Positions 21,694-35,425 are shown, counted from the first letter of the whole stretch. The stretch: 63,986 nucleotides of DNA, filler included, from Octopus bimaculoides (GCF_001194135.2; 7 parts of 6 records of this genome joined end to end with filler, not necessarily neighbours in it); one strand, 5' to 3'. Notes: generated by a model from the sequence alone, not told the origin. A program made the numbers and translations.

Positions 21694-22409
21694 TGTCCTT
21701 GAGTGTTACTGATAACATTTAATCCAGTACAACACGTTGCATAGTCGGGTTGTCGAATAAATTTGCAACACCACCAAGAGTGCTTGGTGGAGTGTTTGGC
21801 TTTTGGACATCCTGCGGGAAGAAAATCAGGACCTATCAAAGAACGAAGGAACTCAGGAGATCCAACGGCCGTCCAATAAAAAGTCACTAGAAGTGAGGGA
21901 GCCCCAGCTGTTGTCACAATATCTTTCTTAAAAAGGGACGCTGTGGTTTGACGCGATTAATGGCATCTTGCTTCAGCCTGACACTTGGTGCTAATCATAG
22001 ACACCCAAAGTCAAAGTGGTACTCCTGTTGTACAAGTGTTTATCATTATAATGCAATGACATACAGATGTCGCTTTATGAAGACCTCATTTGTCATTCCA
22101 TCTACTGAAAGTTCTACACCGATAGAAGACCGGCGACGTGTGCAGACCTAACTAGTTAGAAGCGTACAGTTCAGTAGTAGTACTGAATGGTCATCTGCGA
22201 TGCCATGGACGGAAATAAGAAATACCATTGATAACAAGAAAGCACAAAGAGACTGTCATCATTGGCGAAGATGATGCAGTCACCGTGAATGACGGAATAA
22301 ATAATGTTTTTACTGTTTTGGGTGCCTGAGTAGTCACAGGCAGACATAAACACTCTCTCGAGACTCTAATTCTTGACCCAGTGGAACATCTAAGATATAA
22401 CATCTTTAT

Positions 22410-22518
22410 TTATTAACCTTCGAAAGGGTGAAAAGCCCAGTTCACCTCGACGAGATTTGAACTCACAGAATCGGTACAAATATCAAGACGCATTTTAACT
22501 GACCTTCCAATGACGCTG
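22410..22518 (-). mobile_element. SINE family B fragment
   Basis: 'cgaaagggtgaaaagcccagttcacctcgacgagatttgaactc' is a diverged reverse complement of the 27250-27310 core. Confidence 0.6.
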
Positions 22519-23630
22519 TTATTTGACTACCTTTAATGTCTAAACATACATACATACATACATACATACATACATACATACATACATACATACATACATA
22601 CATAGACATGTATGTCTGCATTTATGCACGTATGAATGTATGTCTATTATATCTCTCGATTTATATATGTACATGTATATATGTGTATATATNNNNNNNN
22701 NNNNNNNNNNNNNNNNNNNNNNNNNNNNNNNNNNNNNNNNNNNNNNNNNNNNNNNNNNNNNNNNNNNNNNNNNNNNNNNNNNNNNNNNNNNNNNNNNNNN
22801 NNNNNNNNNNNNNNNNNNNNNNNNNNNNNNNNNNNNNNNNNNNNNNNNNNNNNNNNNNNNNNNNNNTATTTCGTTCTTAGATTTGGTTTGCAAGATTTTT
22901 TGTATGAGTTCGTGTGTTGAAGCATATTTTGTTGTGTCTGAAGAGAGTCAGTCTCTTTTTGTGTCTTATTATTTAACACATTCACCGATTCAGTTTCCAC
23001 TCATTTACTTCTTTATTTGTTCTAAAATTTTCGTTGTGTCTTGCAACTTTTTCAATAGTCGTTAACTCTGTTCTTTATCCGAGCTGCATTCTTTTTGTTT
23101 GTTTGTGCGCGTGTGTGTGGGCCAGTGTGCGTGTGCGCATACATATATGTATGTATGTATATATGTATGTATGCATGTATGTGTGTATGCATGTATCTGT
23201 ATGCACATATATATATATGTATGTGTGTACATTTGTATATATGTATTTTGCATGTGTCTGTGTGTTTGTATGTGTTTGCATGTGTGTGTGTGTTCCTGTG
23301 TCTCTTTGCGTGTGCATATCTGAGTGTGTCTGTGTATGGGGTTTTGTAACTATGTGCGTGCGTCTGTTATGTATAGATGTGTGTCTCCATATGTTTCCTT
23401 GTGTGAAGTGTGCGTGTGTGTATATGATCATGTGTTTCACTCTTCATTTGCGTATGTATGTGTGTACGTATGCTTGTGTGTTCATATTACCTATATACCT
23501 ATCTATATGTATGTCTATCTGTTTACATTCATATCCATTTACTTATATATATATATATATATATATATAAACACATGTATATATACACACACATACATAC
23601 GACTACATAACAGCCTACTAACTATTATAC

Positions 23631-23662
<32 letters not shown>

Positions 23663-24199
23663 NNNNNNNNNNNNNNNNNNNNNNNNNNNNNNNNNNNNNN
23701 NNNNNNNNNNNNNNNNNNNNNNNNNNNNNNNNNNNNNNNNNNNNNNNNNNNNNNNNNNNNNNNNNNNNNNNNNNNNNNNNNNNNNNNNNNNNNNNNNNNN
23801 NNNNNNNNNNNNNNNNNNNNNNNNNNNNNNNNNNNNNNNNNNNNNNNNNNNNNNNNNNNNNNNNNNNNNNNNNNNNNNNNNNNNNNNNNNNNNNNNNNNN
23901 NNNNNNNNNNNNNNNNNNNNNNNNNNNNNNNNNNNNNNNNNNNNNNNNNNNNNNNNNNNNNNNNNNNNNNNNNNNNNNNNNNNNNNNNNNNNNNNNNNNN
24001 NNNNNNNNNNNNTATGTAAACTGAATATTAATGTCGTCTACATACCTACATTAAACTAAAAGAGTTATTGACTGTTCTGCTAAGGATTGTTTAAGTTTTC
24101 TGTCCCACCGACACCAATGGCTGCACCTTGAACTTGCATGTGGTTCTTCAAGGTGGTTCTTATGCTAGCCCTTGTTGCATGTGCAATCATTCTTTTCAC

Positions 24200-24975
<776 letters not shown>

Positions 24976-24984
24976 CATATATAT

Positions 24985-25250
24985 GAGTTTCAGGTCGAGC
25001 TTGCTCGGGTAGCCATCGCTCTGATACTCCACCCATCTCTATTGTCCATGTCATATGACAGTTCCTCTGTGACATCTAGTGTCGTGTATTAACCACCTTC
25101 TTAATTCAGTGTCCAGTAAAGTCATCTCTGTCTTTCTGTATGATGTCTGATACTTCAGGAAGCTTATTGTATATTCTTTCTTTAGTGGAGTGTTCTTCCC
25201 AGGCCACATTCAAAATAGAATGAAACGTGTGTTGAGGTGTCATTCAGCAT
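24985..25250 (-). mobile_element. RTE-clade LINE 3' fragment
   Basis: Minus strand reads ILNVAWEEHSTKERIYNKLPEVSDII.....FTGH, resembling RTE LN(I/V)SW..H.T...LYG.LP.IS....FAGH. Confidence 0.6.
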
Positions 25251-26277
25251 AATGTCAAGACTTTTTGTTAGTCTCCGGGTAGAAGAGCCATAAACTAACA
25301 CAGTTTCAAACACTTCCTACAAGAAGTTCTTTTGCAAATTCTCTGAAGACTTTTATTTCCATTATTACTCTAAACCTTTTAAATTTTGCTCAAATTTAAT
25401 TAATGTATATAAGCAACTGACTCTGTGGCTATTATGTTGGTCTCGAGGTAGGTGAAAGAATTTACTGGTTTTATTGAGTTTCCAGTCAATGAAGTGATGG
25501 CATATTCTATGTTGCATCTGATGGACCCCGTTTTTCTACTCAAAAGCCCATTCTTCCTGCAGCATCTTCTAGACTGTGATGTAGGGTGATGATTCCCGTA
25601 ATCGTATCTGATTTTAGCAAAAATCAGTCGCCATAATTTCTTACTGTTATATCTGGAAATTCAGAAACTCACATAAGGCCGGGATGATTCATTCATCGAA
25701 TACAATCTTTAACCCCGAGTGGTTATTATTATCTGTCATTATATCATAGATGTTAACTGTAGTTTCTGATATTGTATTAACGTCGTAAGTCTGCTTTAAA
25801 CTCAAGTCACTTTTTTTTAAGGAAAGGGTGGATACAGACCTCAGTAACTTGACAGGATTGTGACAGTAGACAGAGTTGCACAGTTGGATATGTATAGCAT
25901 TGAATGCTACTGTTTTCCAGACCTGGAAACTGGGGCATATGTGTTTTGCAGAACAATTATGTAACACAGAAAATATGAAATAATTCTATACACGAATGTG
26001 TGTAATACATACACATATATACATGTATGCATGTATAAACCGCCTGGAGAGAACATATGGATCTGTCAACTGATAATTTCTATTATTTTAAAACTAAATA
26101 TATATTCTGTTATGGAATTAATTAAATTCATATGGTTTTGTGTTGTGTTAGGTCATTTATATTTTATAATTATTACTCAATCTCCATATGATTAGTTGAC
26201 ATCGACTAATGTCTAAACAATATCACCTTAGGGAGTATGCGAGGTGCTGACTTCACTGAAGCTGAATGAAATACTGG

Positions 26278-26412
26278 GTGGTGGTGGTGATGGTGATTGT
26301 GGTGATGGTGGTTATAAAGGTCGCGTGAACGTCATGGCGGTGATGGTTTCGATGATAATAGTGGCGGTGGTGCTGGTGGTGGTGGTGGTGGTCGTCGTCG
26401 TCGTCGTCGTGG
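26278..26412. repeat. (GGT)n/(GTC)n trinucleotide tract
   Basis: Read directly from the sequence. Confidence 0.9.
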
Positions 26413-27182
26413 CAGTAAAGTCTCTGTTGTTGCAAAGACCTGTGCAGATGCTGGGAGTGTACGTCTGATGTCTATGAACAACGCTAAATGTGTTCGTAGG
26501 TAAGTGTGTATGTGTGTGTGTGAGTGTGTGTTTATATTTGTATATGCATATGTACTTATACGTGTTCGTGTCAACATGTGCTTGTGAGTGCGTGTGCCTG
26601 TGCGTGTATGTATGTGTGTGTGTGAATGTGCCACTCGTGAGTGGGCGTACGTCAGCGTTTGTGATTATGTGAGCGTGTATGCGTTTGTATGTGTGTATGT
26701 GTGTGAGTGTGTGTATATGTGTGTGCGTGTGTATATGTTCGCGTGTATGCATGCATTCTACACCAAATGGCTTCTTGAATATTATTTTCACACAATGTAA
26801 GCTTGTTTATTGTAATCACTCTCGGAAGAAGCCTTTTGATAGTAATAACCGGCTGATATAATTAAGTAAAGGATATAACAATATTTCATGCTTCGATTCT
26901 AATAAGTGGATGACTTTAAATTCCTTTAAAGATTCTCTAATTTGGATAGCAATGACGATTTGGCAATATTATCGGCAATTATAATAAACTGCTTTCTCAT
27001 TATATGTACATACAAATATACAAAATGCCGTCAGCCAGCCAGTTCAAATTTAATACTCAGTATCTTCACTGCCACCAGCATCAACACCACCGGCAGCAAC
27101 TCCACAACCATCACCTCACCACCATCGTCACCATATGGTTGAGTAGTGGTTTACTTGAAAATGTTGATATCTGGAGCTCTGA

Positions 27183-27414
27183 GGGCGACTAGCTGGCAGG
27201 ATCGTTAGCACGCCGGGCGAAATGCTTAGCGGTATTTCGTTTGCCGTTACGTTCTGAGTTCAAATTCCGCCGAGGTCGACTTTGCCTTTCATCCTTTCAA
27301 GGTCGATTAAATAAGTACCACTTACGCACTGGGGTCGATGTAATCGATTTAATCCCTTTGTCTGTCCTTGTTTGTCTCCTCTATGTTTAGCCCCCTGTGG
27401 GCAATAAAGAAATA
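27183..27414 (+). mobile_element. SINE family B, full-length
   Basis: tRNA-like head 'ggcgactagctggcaggatcgttagcacgccgggcg', B box 'gagttcaaattcc', core 'gcctttcatcctttc..ggtcga..aaataagtacca', tail 'gcaataaagaaata'. Confidence 0.9.
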
Positions 27415-27668
27415 TATATCTGGAGCTTTGATTCTTATAAGCTAGAATTCAAGTTGCACGAAGCAGTGTTGAATATAATATACTTGTGTTAAATCTTATT
27501 TAACATGCTCGAGCATGCTTAGATGTGGTAAGACCTTCCTCTGTCAAAATAGTCCCCGGAGAAAATTTTCCTCCGAGATGACATGTGTGAAAACATCTTG
27601 TGCTGTGAATGACGTTACTGGACGCATGCGTTTCAAACTTCACACACATCAGCAAACAGCGAATGCTG

Positions 27669-28381
27669 GGATCTAGTTCAAAACGGGGGCACCAGTTTTC
27701 ATTTATGTTTTATGTAGTGTTTTTGGTACCGAAATACTTTCATACTTCGTATACTTATCTATTTTGTGTTATAGAACAGAAAAAAAAATTTGTATTCGAA
27801 GTTATTTCATGTAAAAAATTGTCTTATTTCGATGATTTCAACCAATCACTGACAAGTATTCAGCTGTTTACAGTTACTCCTTTGGCAGTTTAAGCGGTTC
27901 CTTTGGCAGTTTAAGCGGTGTAAAGCGTATTTAATCTCCATTACTTCTGACATTTTTCAGAGAGGCAACACACGTGTGTTCGTTTTCCTTCGTTTTATTT
28001 TTAATATAATTTCGTTAACATCTGCCTGAACTGTNNNNNNNNNNACCAGGCCTTGTGCCTATAATAGAAAGGTTTATTAGCTACTGCCAATATGCTTCAG
28101 CCATTTTTTGACAAGGAAATAATAATTTTATCACCGCCAGAATCGTTTGAGAATCGTTTGTTTACGTAGTCAGCACTTACTGTATTCGGCTGAATGGACG
28201 TCAGTCATTGGTTGAAATTACAGAAATACGACAACTTTAACATGAAATAAGTTGCAATATAATAATTTTTCTTAAGAAGACTAAGAGAAAAAGATGTTTT
28301 ATATGACACATTCTACCGGTGTCCCAAGTTTCAAAGTGTTTCGTTAAGAAAATACTGGCGCCCCCGTTTTGAACTAGATCC
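27669..28381. mobile_element. MITE with 28-bp TIRs and an 8-bp TSD (GAATGCTG)
   Basis: ggatctagttcaaaacgggggcaccagt ... actggcgcccccgttttgaactagatcc. GAATGCTG lies at 27661-27668 and 28382-28389. There is an internal inverted repeat, and a SINE-B tail is nested at 28045-28079. Confidence 0.92.
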
Positions 28382-29204
28382 GAATGCTGTTCCAATGTAA
28401 TTCGCTTTAAATAGTCTGTAACGCACAAACTTTGATGACAATAACCATTTGTTAACATTGACTGCGATTAAATTAAGCAATTCTCTCTGTATCTACATCC
28501 TGAGTAAAACGAAAAAGAAAAGGATTTGATAATCCGTATAAAGCATAGATACAGTGCTGCCACCAAGCGACAGCAATCAGCTCTTTGAAACCTTATAATA
28601 TAGGTACTTTGATAACAAAATAAATCAAATTTAGCTATCAGCATAGTATGCTATCATGTGTTAAAAGGGAAAGTTTCTTTTCTTCGACTCCCTACCAATT
28701 CTAGAAATCCAAATAAACCATTGATGTATATCGTTTTTTTCTTTTTCTTAATCTCACAGCATATATATTATTAGCTAACTTTAATAATATTTTCTTCTGA
28801 AAGATATATATTATTAGCTTAAATAGTTCTGTTAGTTAACTTTAATAATTGTCTCTTGCTACGTGTATATATATTATTAGTTAATTTTAATATTTCTCTC
28901 CCATTATACATATATATATATATTGTTAATTTCTACCTTAGACTTAAGCTGTTGTTTTCTTCCAATAATTTGATATTTATACTGGATATTTTTGATATGA
29001 CGTCCTACCATTTTAACGTTAAATATTTAATATTCAAATTGTCAAAATTTAATGGGTTTTTTACGATAAAATAATTGGAATAATTTCAACTACTTTCCTA
29101 AAATTAATTAATGATAATGCTTCTCAAAGTTACAAGATAACCTTTTCTTGAGCTCAACAAAATAGAAAATATTTATTGATATATCATTTACTTTTGTTTT
29201 CCAG

Positions 29205-29410
29205 TATGTACTATGGATGGACCTCTTGGCATGACTACTGGTACCATTAAAGATTTCCAAATCAAGAGTTCAAACAGTTATCCTCAGGTGTGGGACAAAT
29301 ACTGCCACGAAAAATATGGACGTGTTTACATGCCGAATAAATATGGATGGTGTGCGAAATACAAGTCACCATCTGAATGGCTGATGGTTGATCTTGGTGT
29401 TGCAGCAAAG
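29205..29410 (+). CDS. Internal coding exon of a discoidin (F5/8 type C, coagulation factor V/VIII-like) domain protein, lactadherin/EDIL3-like
   Basis: Acceptor 'tttacttttgttttccag|' and donor 'aag|gtattt'. 206 nt, open, phase 1 in and phase 0 out: CTMDGPLGMTTGTIKDFQIKSSNSYPQVWDKYCHEKYGRVYMPNKYGWCAKYKSPSEWLMVDLGVAAK, matching the C..PLGM..G.I.D.QI.ASS...W...WL.VDLG signature. Confidence 0.93.
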
Positions 29411-30249
29411 GTATTTCATTTTATCATTCACTTTTTATAAGCTAAAGGGCGAGTTTTGGATTAGCTATCACTACCTCATGGTGGGTGGGGAGTGTCTTAT
29501 ATAATGAAGATTTCCCCCTAAAATTTAATTTTTTACAATTTCCACTCCAATTCCGTACCCTCTTCCTTAACCTAAAATAGTGCTAGCTATTTCAAAACTC
29601 CACCAACCTAACAACATGTATCACAATCAATATAAATAAATATTATTTGCTTGAATTCAAACAGCGATTATCTTAATCTTCTTTATGACAGCAACATCAG
29701 TAATTATTCAGAAGGTAAAAATAATGATGATAGTAAAAGGACGGAGGAGAGAGAGAGGGGGTGTATGTGTGTGTATGTGTGTCTGTGTGTGTCTGTGTGC
29801 GTGTGCGCGTGACTGTGTGTGCATGTGTGTGTGTGTAACAGAGTAAGAGAGAGAGTGATAGAGCGAGAGAGCTACGATGACAAAAATTTATACCACACTA
29901 GATTAATACTAAATTTATTGTATTTAATAAAATCTGTGTCATAGGTATCTACTTATTCTTGATATAAGAAATATTTTGGAAAAGTATGTGAATGAATAGT
30001 TGTGTGTAATATAATAATACTTATATGATAATGGCAGTAAATACATTTATGCAGTAATATTTCATCATTAGCACGGGGCCACGCTTACACATAATCACAG
30101 ATTCACACACAAACACACATATAGCTTATATATAAATTTCAGTTCAATAATTCAAAAGAGGACACCATATTAACTGACATCTGTGATAAGCTTATACTGT
30201 TTCAGAGTATTATATACAGATGTAATTTTAATTCTTACCTTTAATTAGG

Positions 30250-31320
30250 ATTTCATTCAAGTCATCTGGAGCACCGAGGTATTTTTGGTGCAGCTTATTT
30301 TTATCTTCAAGAAGTTTATTGATCTGTAGATCGTTTTCATCAAACTAGTCCCGAAGTTTTCTGTTTCCGAGACCAAGAACCTCAACTCCAACATTGTAAA
30401 TAGTGGTCTTAAACTGAGCCCAAGTTGCTTCAAATTCCGCTTCTCCAATGGCATTTCTAAGATTCGCCTGCACCTTAGAATCCCTTAATTTCAACACATC
30501 AATACGTTTAGGGACTTTTATTCCTCCAGATCTTATTCTTCGCATGATGCGGAGTTTCAATTTATCGCGTATGAGCGTATGGTCAGTCCCACATTCTGCA
30601 CCACGCATGACTCGGACAGTGCAAACATCTGGAAGGTCTCATTTGCTGGTGATAAGGCAATCGAGAATATGCCCATGTTTAGATTTTGGTGCGTCCAGGT
30701 AGTTTTATGATATCCTTCTGATGAAAAACAGTGTTGCAGACGATGAGATCAAGTTCAGTGCAGAGCTGAAGAAGACGGAGATCATTAGCGTTCATTTTGC
30801 CCAAGCCATGTCTCCCAAGTGCATCCCAAGTCTCATTATCGCATCCAACACGGGCATTGAAATTGCATTTGGAATTGAAATCATAAACGATCTGACATCA
30901 TAGAAAACCATTATAGATTCACTGCTGCTATCAAGAGTAGGAGCATAAACAGAAATAGCAGTCATAAAACAATTGCATGATAGAGGAGCTCGAAGATACA
31001 TAATCCTACCACTGAAACCAATAGGTTGTTCTATTTTGTGGATTAACTCGGTACGAATGGCAAAGCCAACACCCCCTACTTGTTTTTCACCCTTTGGTTT
31101 ACCCTTCCAAAAGAACGTGTATCCAGCACCTGTTTCTGTTAATAGATTTTCATCACCCAACCGAGTTTCAGAGAGTATAGCAATGTCGATGTTATATCGA
31201 GCCAACTCCTTGGCTATTACGCCAGTTCGCCGTTCAAGGTTACTTGACCCTTCATGATCAACAAGTGTCCTGACATTCCATATACCTACCCATAATCTAT
31301 ATTTCTTGCTTGCATATTTT
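30250..31320 (-). mobile_element. RTE-clade LINE 5' part (APE endonuclease), 3'-truncated
   Basis: WNVRTL..ERRTGVIAKELARYNIDIAILSETRL...GYTFFWKG...GVGFAI...VYAPT; RGAECGTDHTLIR. Confidence 0.92.
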
Positions 31321-31413
31321 CTCCTTATATTCGGCTTTATTAAACCTAGGAGCTCTATCTACCCCTTTAACTACATCCACAAATACACACAAATCAAATA
31401 AAATAAAAGTAAA

Positions 31414-31513
31414 NNNNNNNNNNNNNNNNNNNNNNNNNNNNNNNNNNNNNNNNNNNNTTAATTAATTAANNNNNNNNNNNNNNNNNNNNNNNNNNNNNNN
31501 NNNNNNNNNNNNN
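31414..31513. other. Artificial assembly spacer
   Basis: 44N-TTAATTAATTAA-44N. Confidence 0.95.
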
Positions 31514-32052
31514 TATTTCCTCATGGCCTGACAAATTTTTCATCACTGAGTACAAACAACATCGTTTGTATTCTGATGATGTTCATTTACAACCATCATG
31601 TACTGACATCATGTGATGTTTGCAAATCAGTATCATCACTAAAGGTACACACAACCCCGCACACACACACACACACAAAATATACTCTCCTACATTTTCT
31701 GGGAGACTCGCAAGGCTCCTCTTCCAAAGTTCACTTGTCTATGAGGAAAAATACTTCTCCAGTACCGTTCGGACCTCGTATACAGAATTCCTATTTTTTC
31801 TGTCCAAATGATCTTGAAACCAAAGATGGTCGTTTTTCTTTTAGCTCTGACTTGAATGACTGTTTGAATAACCAAATCCAAGCTTCCCTGCTAGTTCCTC
31901 AACAATTACGACAGGATTCTATTCCACCAGGGTTTGCAGGATGTCCTCATCGAGATCTACAGATCTTCCAGGATGAGACTTGTCTTCTAGGCTGTTGTTT
32001 CCGGCTCAGAATTTATGGAAAAAACCGCATTATTTATGAGAACACCTAATAC

Positions 32053-32089
<37 letters not shown>

Positions 32090-32361
32090 AAGGTAGAAAA
32101 AGCTAAAATAATTTTATAAAAAACATTTCAATACCGGTTTCAATCATTGAAACTTTTTCAACTGTAAAAATGGAAAACAATTAAATCTTGAAGAAAAGTG
32201 TTTTAAAAGAATATTTGCATAGTATTCAAATACAAGGAACATTTTCCTTGTTTCTGCCTGTCTCTGTCCCTCTTGTTTACTCTTGTGGGTTTACTCTTTT
32301 GGGTTCGAGGTCATTTTGAATTCGTCCCTGCCAAGAATTCACAATGACCTCGAACCCACAA

Positions 32362-32572
32362 GAGCCCTAGGAACAGTGAGTAAAAATCTTGAGAAGTACA
32401 TGGAACAAATAGGGGCCGCAATAAGGATGGAGCATTTGCAGGAAACAGCACTGCTTAGAACCGCTCGAATACTCCGGATGGTACTCAAAAAATAAGGTGT
32501 GTTACCTTAGTTCACTGGTAGTGAACAGCTGACACCATAGTACATCTCCAGCGTTAGAAGTTGTGCAAAGGC
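32362..32572 (+). mobile_element. R4/Dong-like non-LTR element 3' end followed by (AAT)n
   Basis: ALGTVSKNLEKYMEQIG..IRMEHLQETALLRTARILRMVL* (GALG..L..LQK..LLGTARILR motif), short UTR, then (AAT)n at 32573-32650. Confidence 0.8.
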
Positions 32573-32585
32573 AATAATAATAATG

Positions 32586-32650
<65 letters not shown>

Positions 32651-33391
32651 CAAGCATTTCACATGCAAAAATTAAAATTTGCAGAATTGACCAACCCACC
32701 CATGCCTGCAAGATTGCAAGAAAAATAAAAACAAAGACCAACAGCTAAACACACACACACAAAAAAAGAACAAAGAAAAATATAAAACAAAACAAGAACA
32801 AAACAGTCTTTTGAAAAAAAAAAAAGGTTACATTGGTTCTAACGAGAAAGTAACCTGAGAGATCGGTTACAACTAATGAAAGGTCAAAACTTAGAAAGGA
32901 AAGATGGTTACAAACTATTGACTTTATCTTTCATCTCGAAACTAGTTTCTCAGACAATAAAGGCCGAGGTGTGTGTGAAGGAGGGGGCGGTTGTGGATGG
33001 GGTGCGGGGGGAGAGAGGGAGAGAGAAAGAAACAAACAAAAATGTGCCGAGTTCTTGTAATTGAAGTCAGCTGATTTCAAAAGACAGAGAGGTTTGGTTA
33101 GAAACTAAAGTTCATTGGTTTATTCTTTGACATAAAAGCTCTCCTTTTGTTTACGTGTTTCAAAGAGGGAGGAAGAATGGCAGAAGGAAGAGTGAACAAT
33201 ATATATAGACACACACACACACACATATATATATATATGTATGTATATACACACATGCGTATACGTGTATGCCAAGAGAGTGAGAAAGACACAAGAAACC
33301 TAAATATTAGATGGACTGATATATATATATGTGTGTGCGTGTGTATATATATATATATATATATTCTTATATGTATATATATGTTTTTATG

Positions 33392-33427
<36 letters not shown>

Positions 33428-33482
33428 ACCTTGCTGCATGCAATCAAGCCCTATGCATNNNNNNNNNNTATATATATATATG

Positions 33483-33526
<44 letters not shown>

Positions 33527-34382
33527 CACACACACATATATATACTATGACAAGGAGAGTGTGAAAGAGATGAAGGAATTCAGAAGTGATACAGAAGAAG
33601 ACAAATGAGAGAAGGGAGAGACAGTGAAAGGCAGAGAAAGAGAAAGAGAGAGGGGGACAGACAGACAGACAGACAAGCAGGCAAGCCGACAGACAGAAAA
33701 ACAGGCAGAATTAGTGAAGGCATGGAAAAGAAAAAAGAGAAGAGTAGAGAAACATGAAGAGAACGGCAGCAGAGGACATAGATGTCTATCGAAAGAAAAG
33801 AAACAACAGAGAGGAAGAGAGAACAATGGAGAGAGAGAGAGAGAGAGAAACAGAAAGAACTACAGAAGACAAATGGTTAAAGATGACCCTCGTCATTTAT
33901 TGCGATAAAAGGAAAAGATTAATTAGATGGAATCAAAAGAAAAAAAATAAATAAATAATGAAATAAAACCAAAAAAGAAAGAAAACAAAAATCAAAGCCA
34001 AATCTACTTGGAATGAGATCAAACTAAAGATGACAATAAGCTTGGTGTATAGTGATTGGTGTCTAGCATTAGAGAGTAAGTAGGAACTTTGCTCAAACTC
34101 ATGTACAGTCCATTGGTTTCTATAATTTCACAACAGATGATAGAGTAGCAGAGGTCAAAGCTCAGACACAGACAGAGCAGTAAAAACTGTGAAATCTCTC
34201 AAGCGGTAATATCTATTTATCTTGAAGCTATGAGCCTTGGAACCCGCTAGATAAATCTGTATTAAAAAGGAGAGATTTTAAGGTTATGAACAAGTGTAGG
34301 AATGATTTCTGCTCGACTAAGCATCAAGGCTTGTTTCTGTAGACAAAGAGAAAATGGCCCGCCAGGCTCATGTCAATATACA

Positions 34383-34545
34383 AGCACAGGAGTGGCTGTG
34401 TGGGAAGTAGTTTGCTTGCCAACCATATGGTTCTGGGCTCGGTTCCACTGTGTAGTGCCTTTGCCAAGTGTCTTTTGCTATAACCTCGGGCCAACTAAAG
34501 CCTTGTGAGTGGATTTGGTAGGCAGAAATTGAAGGAAATCCGTCA

Positions 34546-34590
<45 letters not shown>
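34383..34590 (+). mobile_element. SINE family A, 5' part
   Basis: Head 'gcacaggagtggctgtgtgggaagtag', then 'ccttgtgagtggatttggtaggcagaaattgaagg', which overlaps the window's first bases in homology. Ends in the internal TA tract. Confidence 0.8.
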
Positions 34591-34595
<5 letters not shown>

Positions 34596-34610
34596 GGTGT
34601 CTGGGGGTGT

Positions 34611-34658
34611 GAAGGTGCATGGTTCAGTGGTTAGAGCATCGAGGTTACGATTGTGAGG
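34611..34658 (+). mobile_element. Isolated tRNA-like SINE head
   Basis: 'gaaggtgcatggttcagtggttagagcatcg' A-box-like sequence, truncated by an AG minisatellite. Confidence 0.5.
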
Positions 34659-34664
34659 CTGTGA

Positions 34665-34855
34665 GAAGAGAGAGAGAGAACAGAAAGAGAGAGAGAACAG
34701 AAAGAGAGAGAGAACAGAAAGAGGGAGAGAAAAAAGAGTGAGAGACTGAGAAAGTGAGAAAGAGAGAACAGAGAGAGAGAGAGAGAGAGAACACAGAGAG
34801 AGAGAGAGAGAACAGAAAGAGAGAGAGAGAACAGAAAGAGAGAGAGAAGAGAGAA
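34665..34855. repeat. AG-rich minisatellite, unit ~GAGAGAGAACAGAAA
   Basis: Read directly from the sequence. Confidence 0.85.
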
Positions 34856-35194
34856 GGAGGAGGAGGAGAAAAAGGTGAGAAGTCATGTAAGTGCACTCGA
34901 GTGTGAAAAATGTGAGAAAGACGATTAAAGATGGGAGATAAAAGAAAAATAACCAGAATCAATGTTGCAAACATGGTTTGCAGACACATTTGCCTAAGAA
35001 CAGAAAAGAAAAAAAAAACAAAAAAAAGGGATGGTCACAATTGGAATGCATTTGACTGTAATTCTCTGCACCATCAAAGATGACACAGATATAAACAGCA
35101 ACGGCACAACTGGGATTATTTGATCAATCCCAGGTAGGATTTGAACTTGTAAGAGAGGGGAAATGAACCAAACATCATTATTCATACCTGTGCT

Positions 35195-35425
35195 GGTACC
35201 ACATGAAAGTCCCTTGTGCCAGAGTTATGTAAAAAGCATCCAGTACACTGTGTAGTAAAGTGGTTGGCACCAGGAAGGGCATCCCAGTCATAGAAACCAT
35301 ACATACACAAATGAGTGGAAGCTGGTGCAGCCCTCCTGCTAGCCACCTCTAGCCAAATTCTCTAACTCATGCCAGCATGGAAAACAGACATTAAATGATG
35401 ACGATGACGATGATGATGATGATGT
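35195..35425 (+). mobile_element. SINE/LINE-derived 3' tail ending in (GAT)n
   Basis: 'aaaagcatccagtacactg...gtggttggcaccaggaagggcatcc...catgccagcatggaaaacagacattaaatgatgacgatg', recognised as an abundant retroposon tail. Family not verified. Confidence 0.6.

Noticed and set aside
23034-24019. Many Cys/Val-, His/Thr- and Tyr/Ile-rich ORFs throughout the window
   Set aside because: Translations of (GT)n, (CA)n, (TA)n and (CATA)n microsatellites; no domain signal.
26440-26505. Perfect donor 'cgtag|gtaagt' as the upstream exon of the discoidin gene
   Set aside because: The required phase-1 frame has a TGA at 26475-26477, there is no good acceptor, and it sits in low-complexity DNA.
31576-32049. 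157-aa ORF
   Set aside because: Crosses a (CA)n tract, has no recognisable domain and no convincing splice sites.
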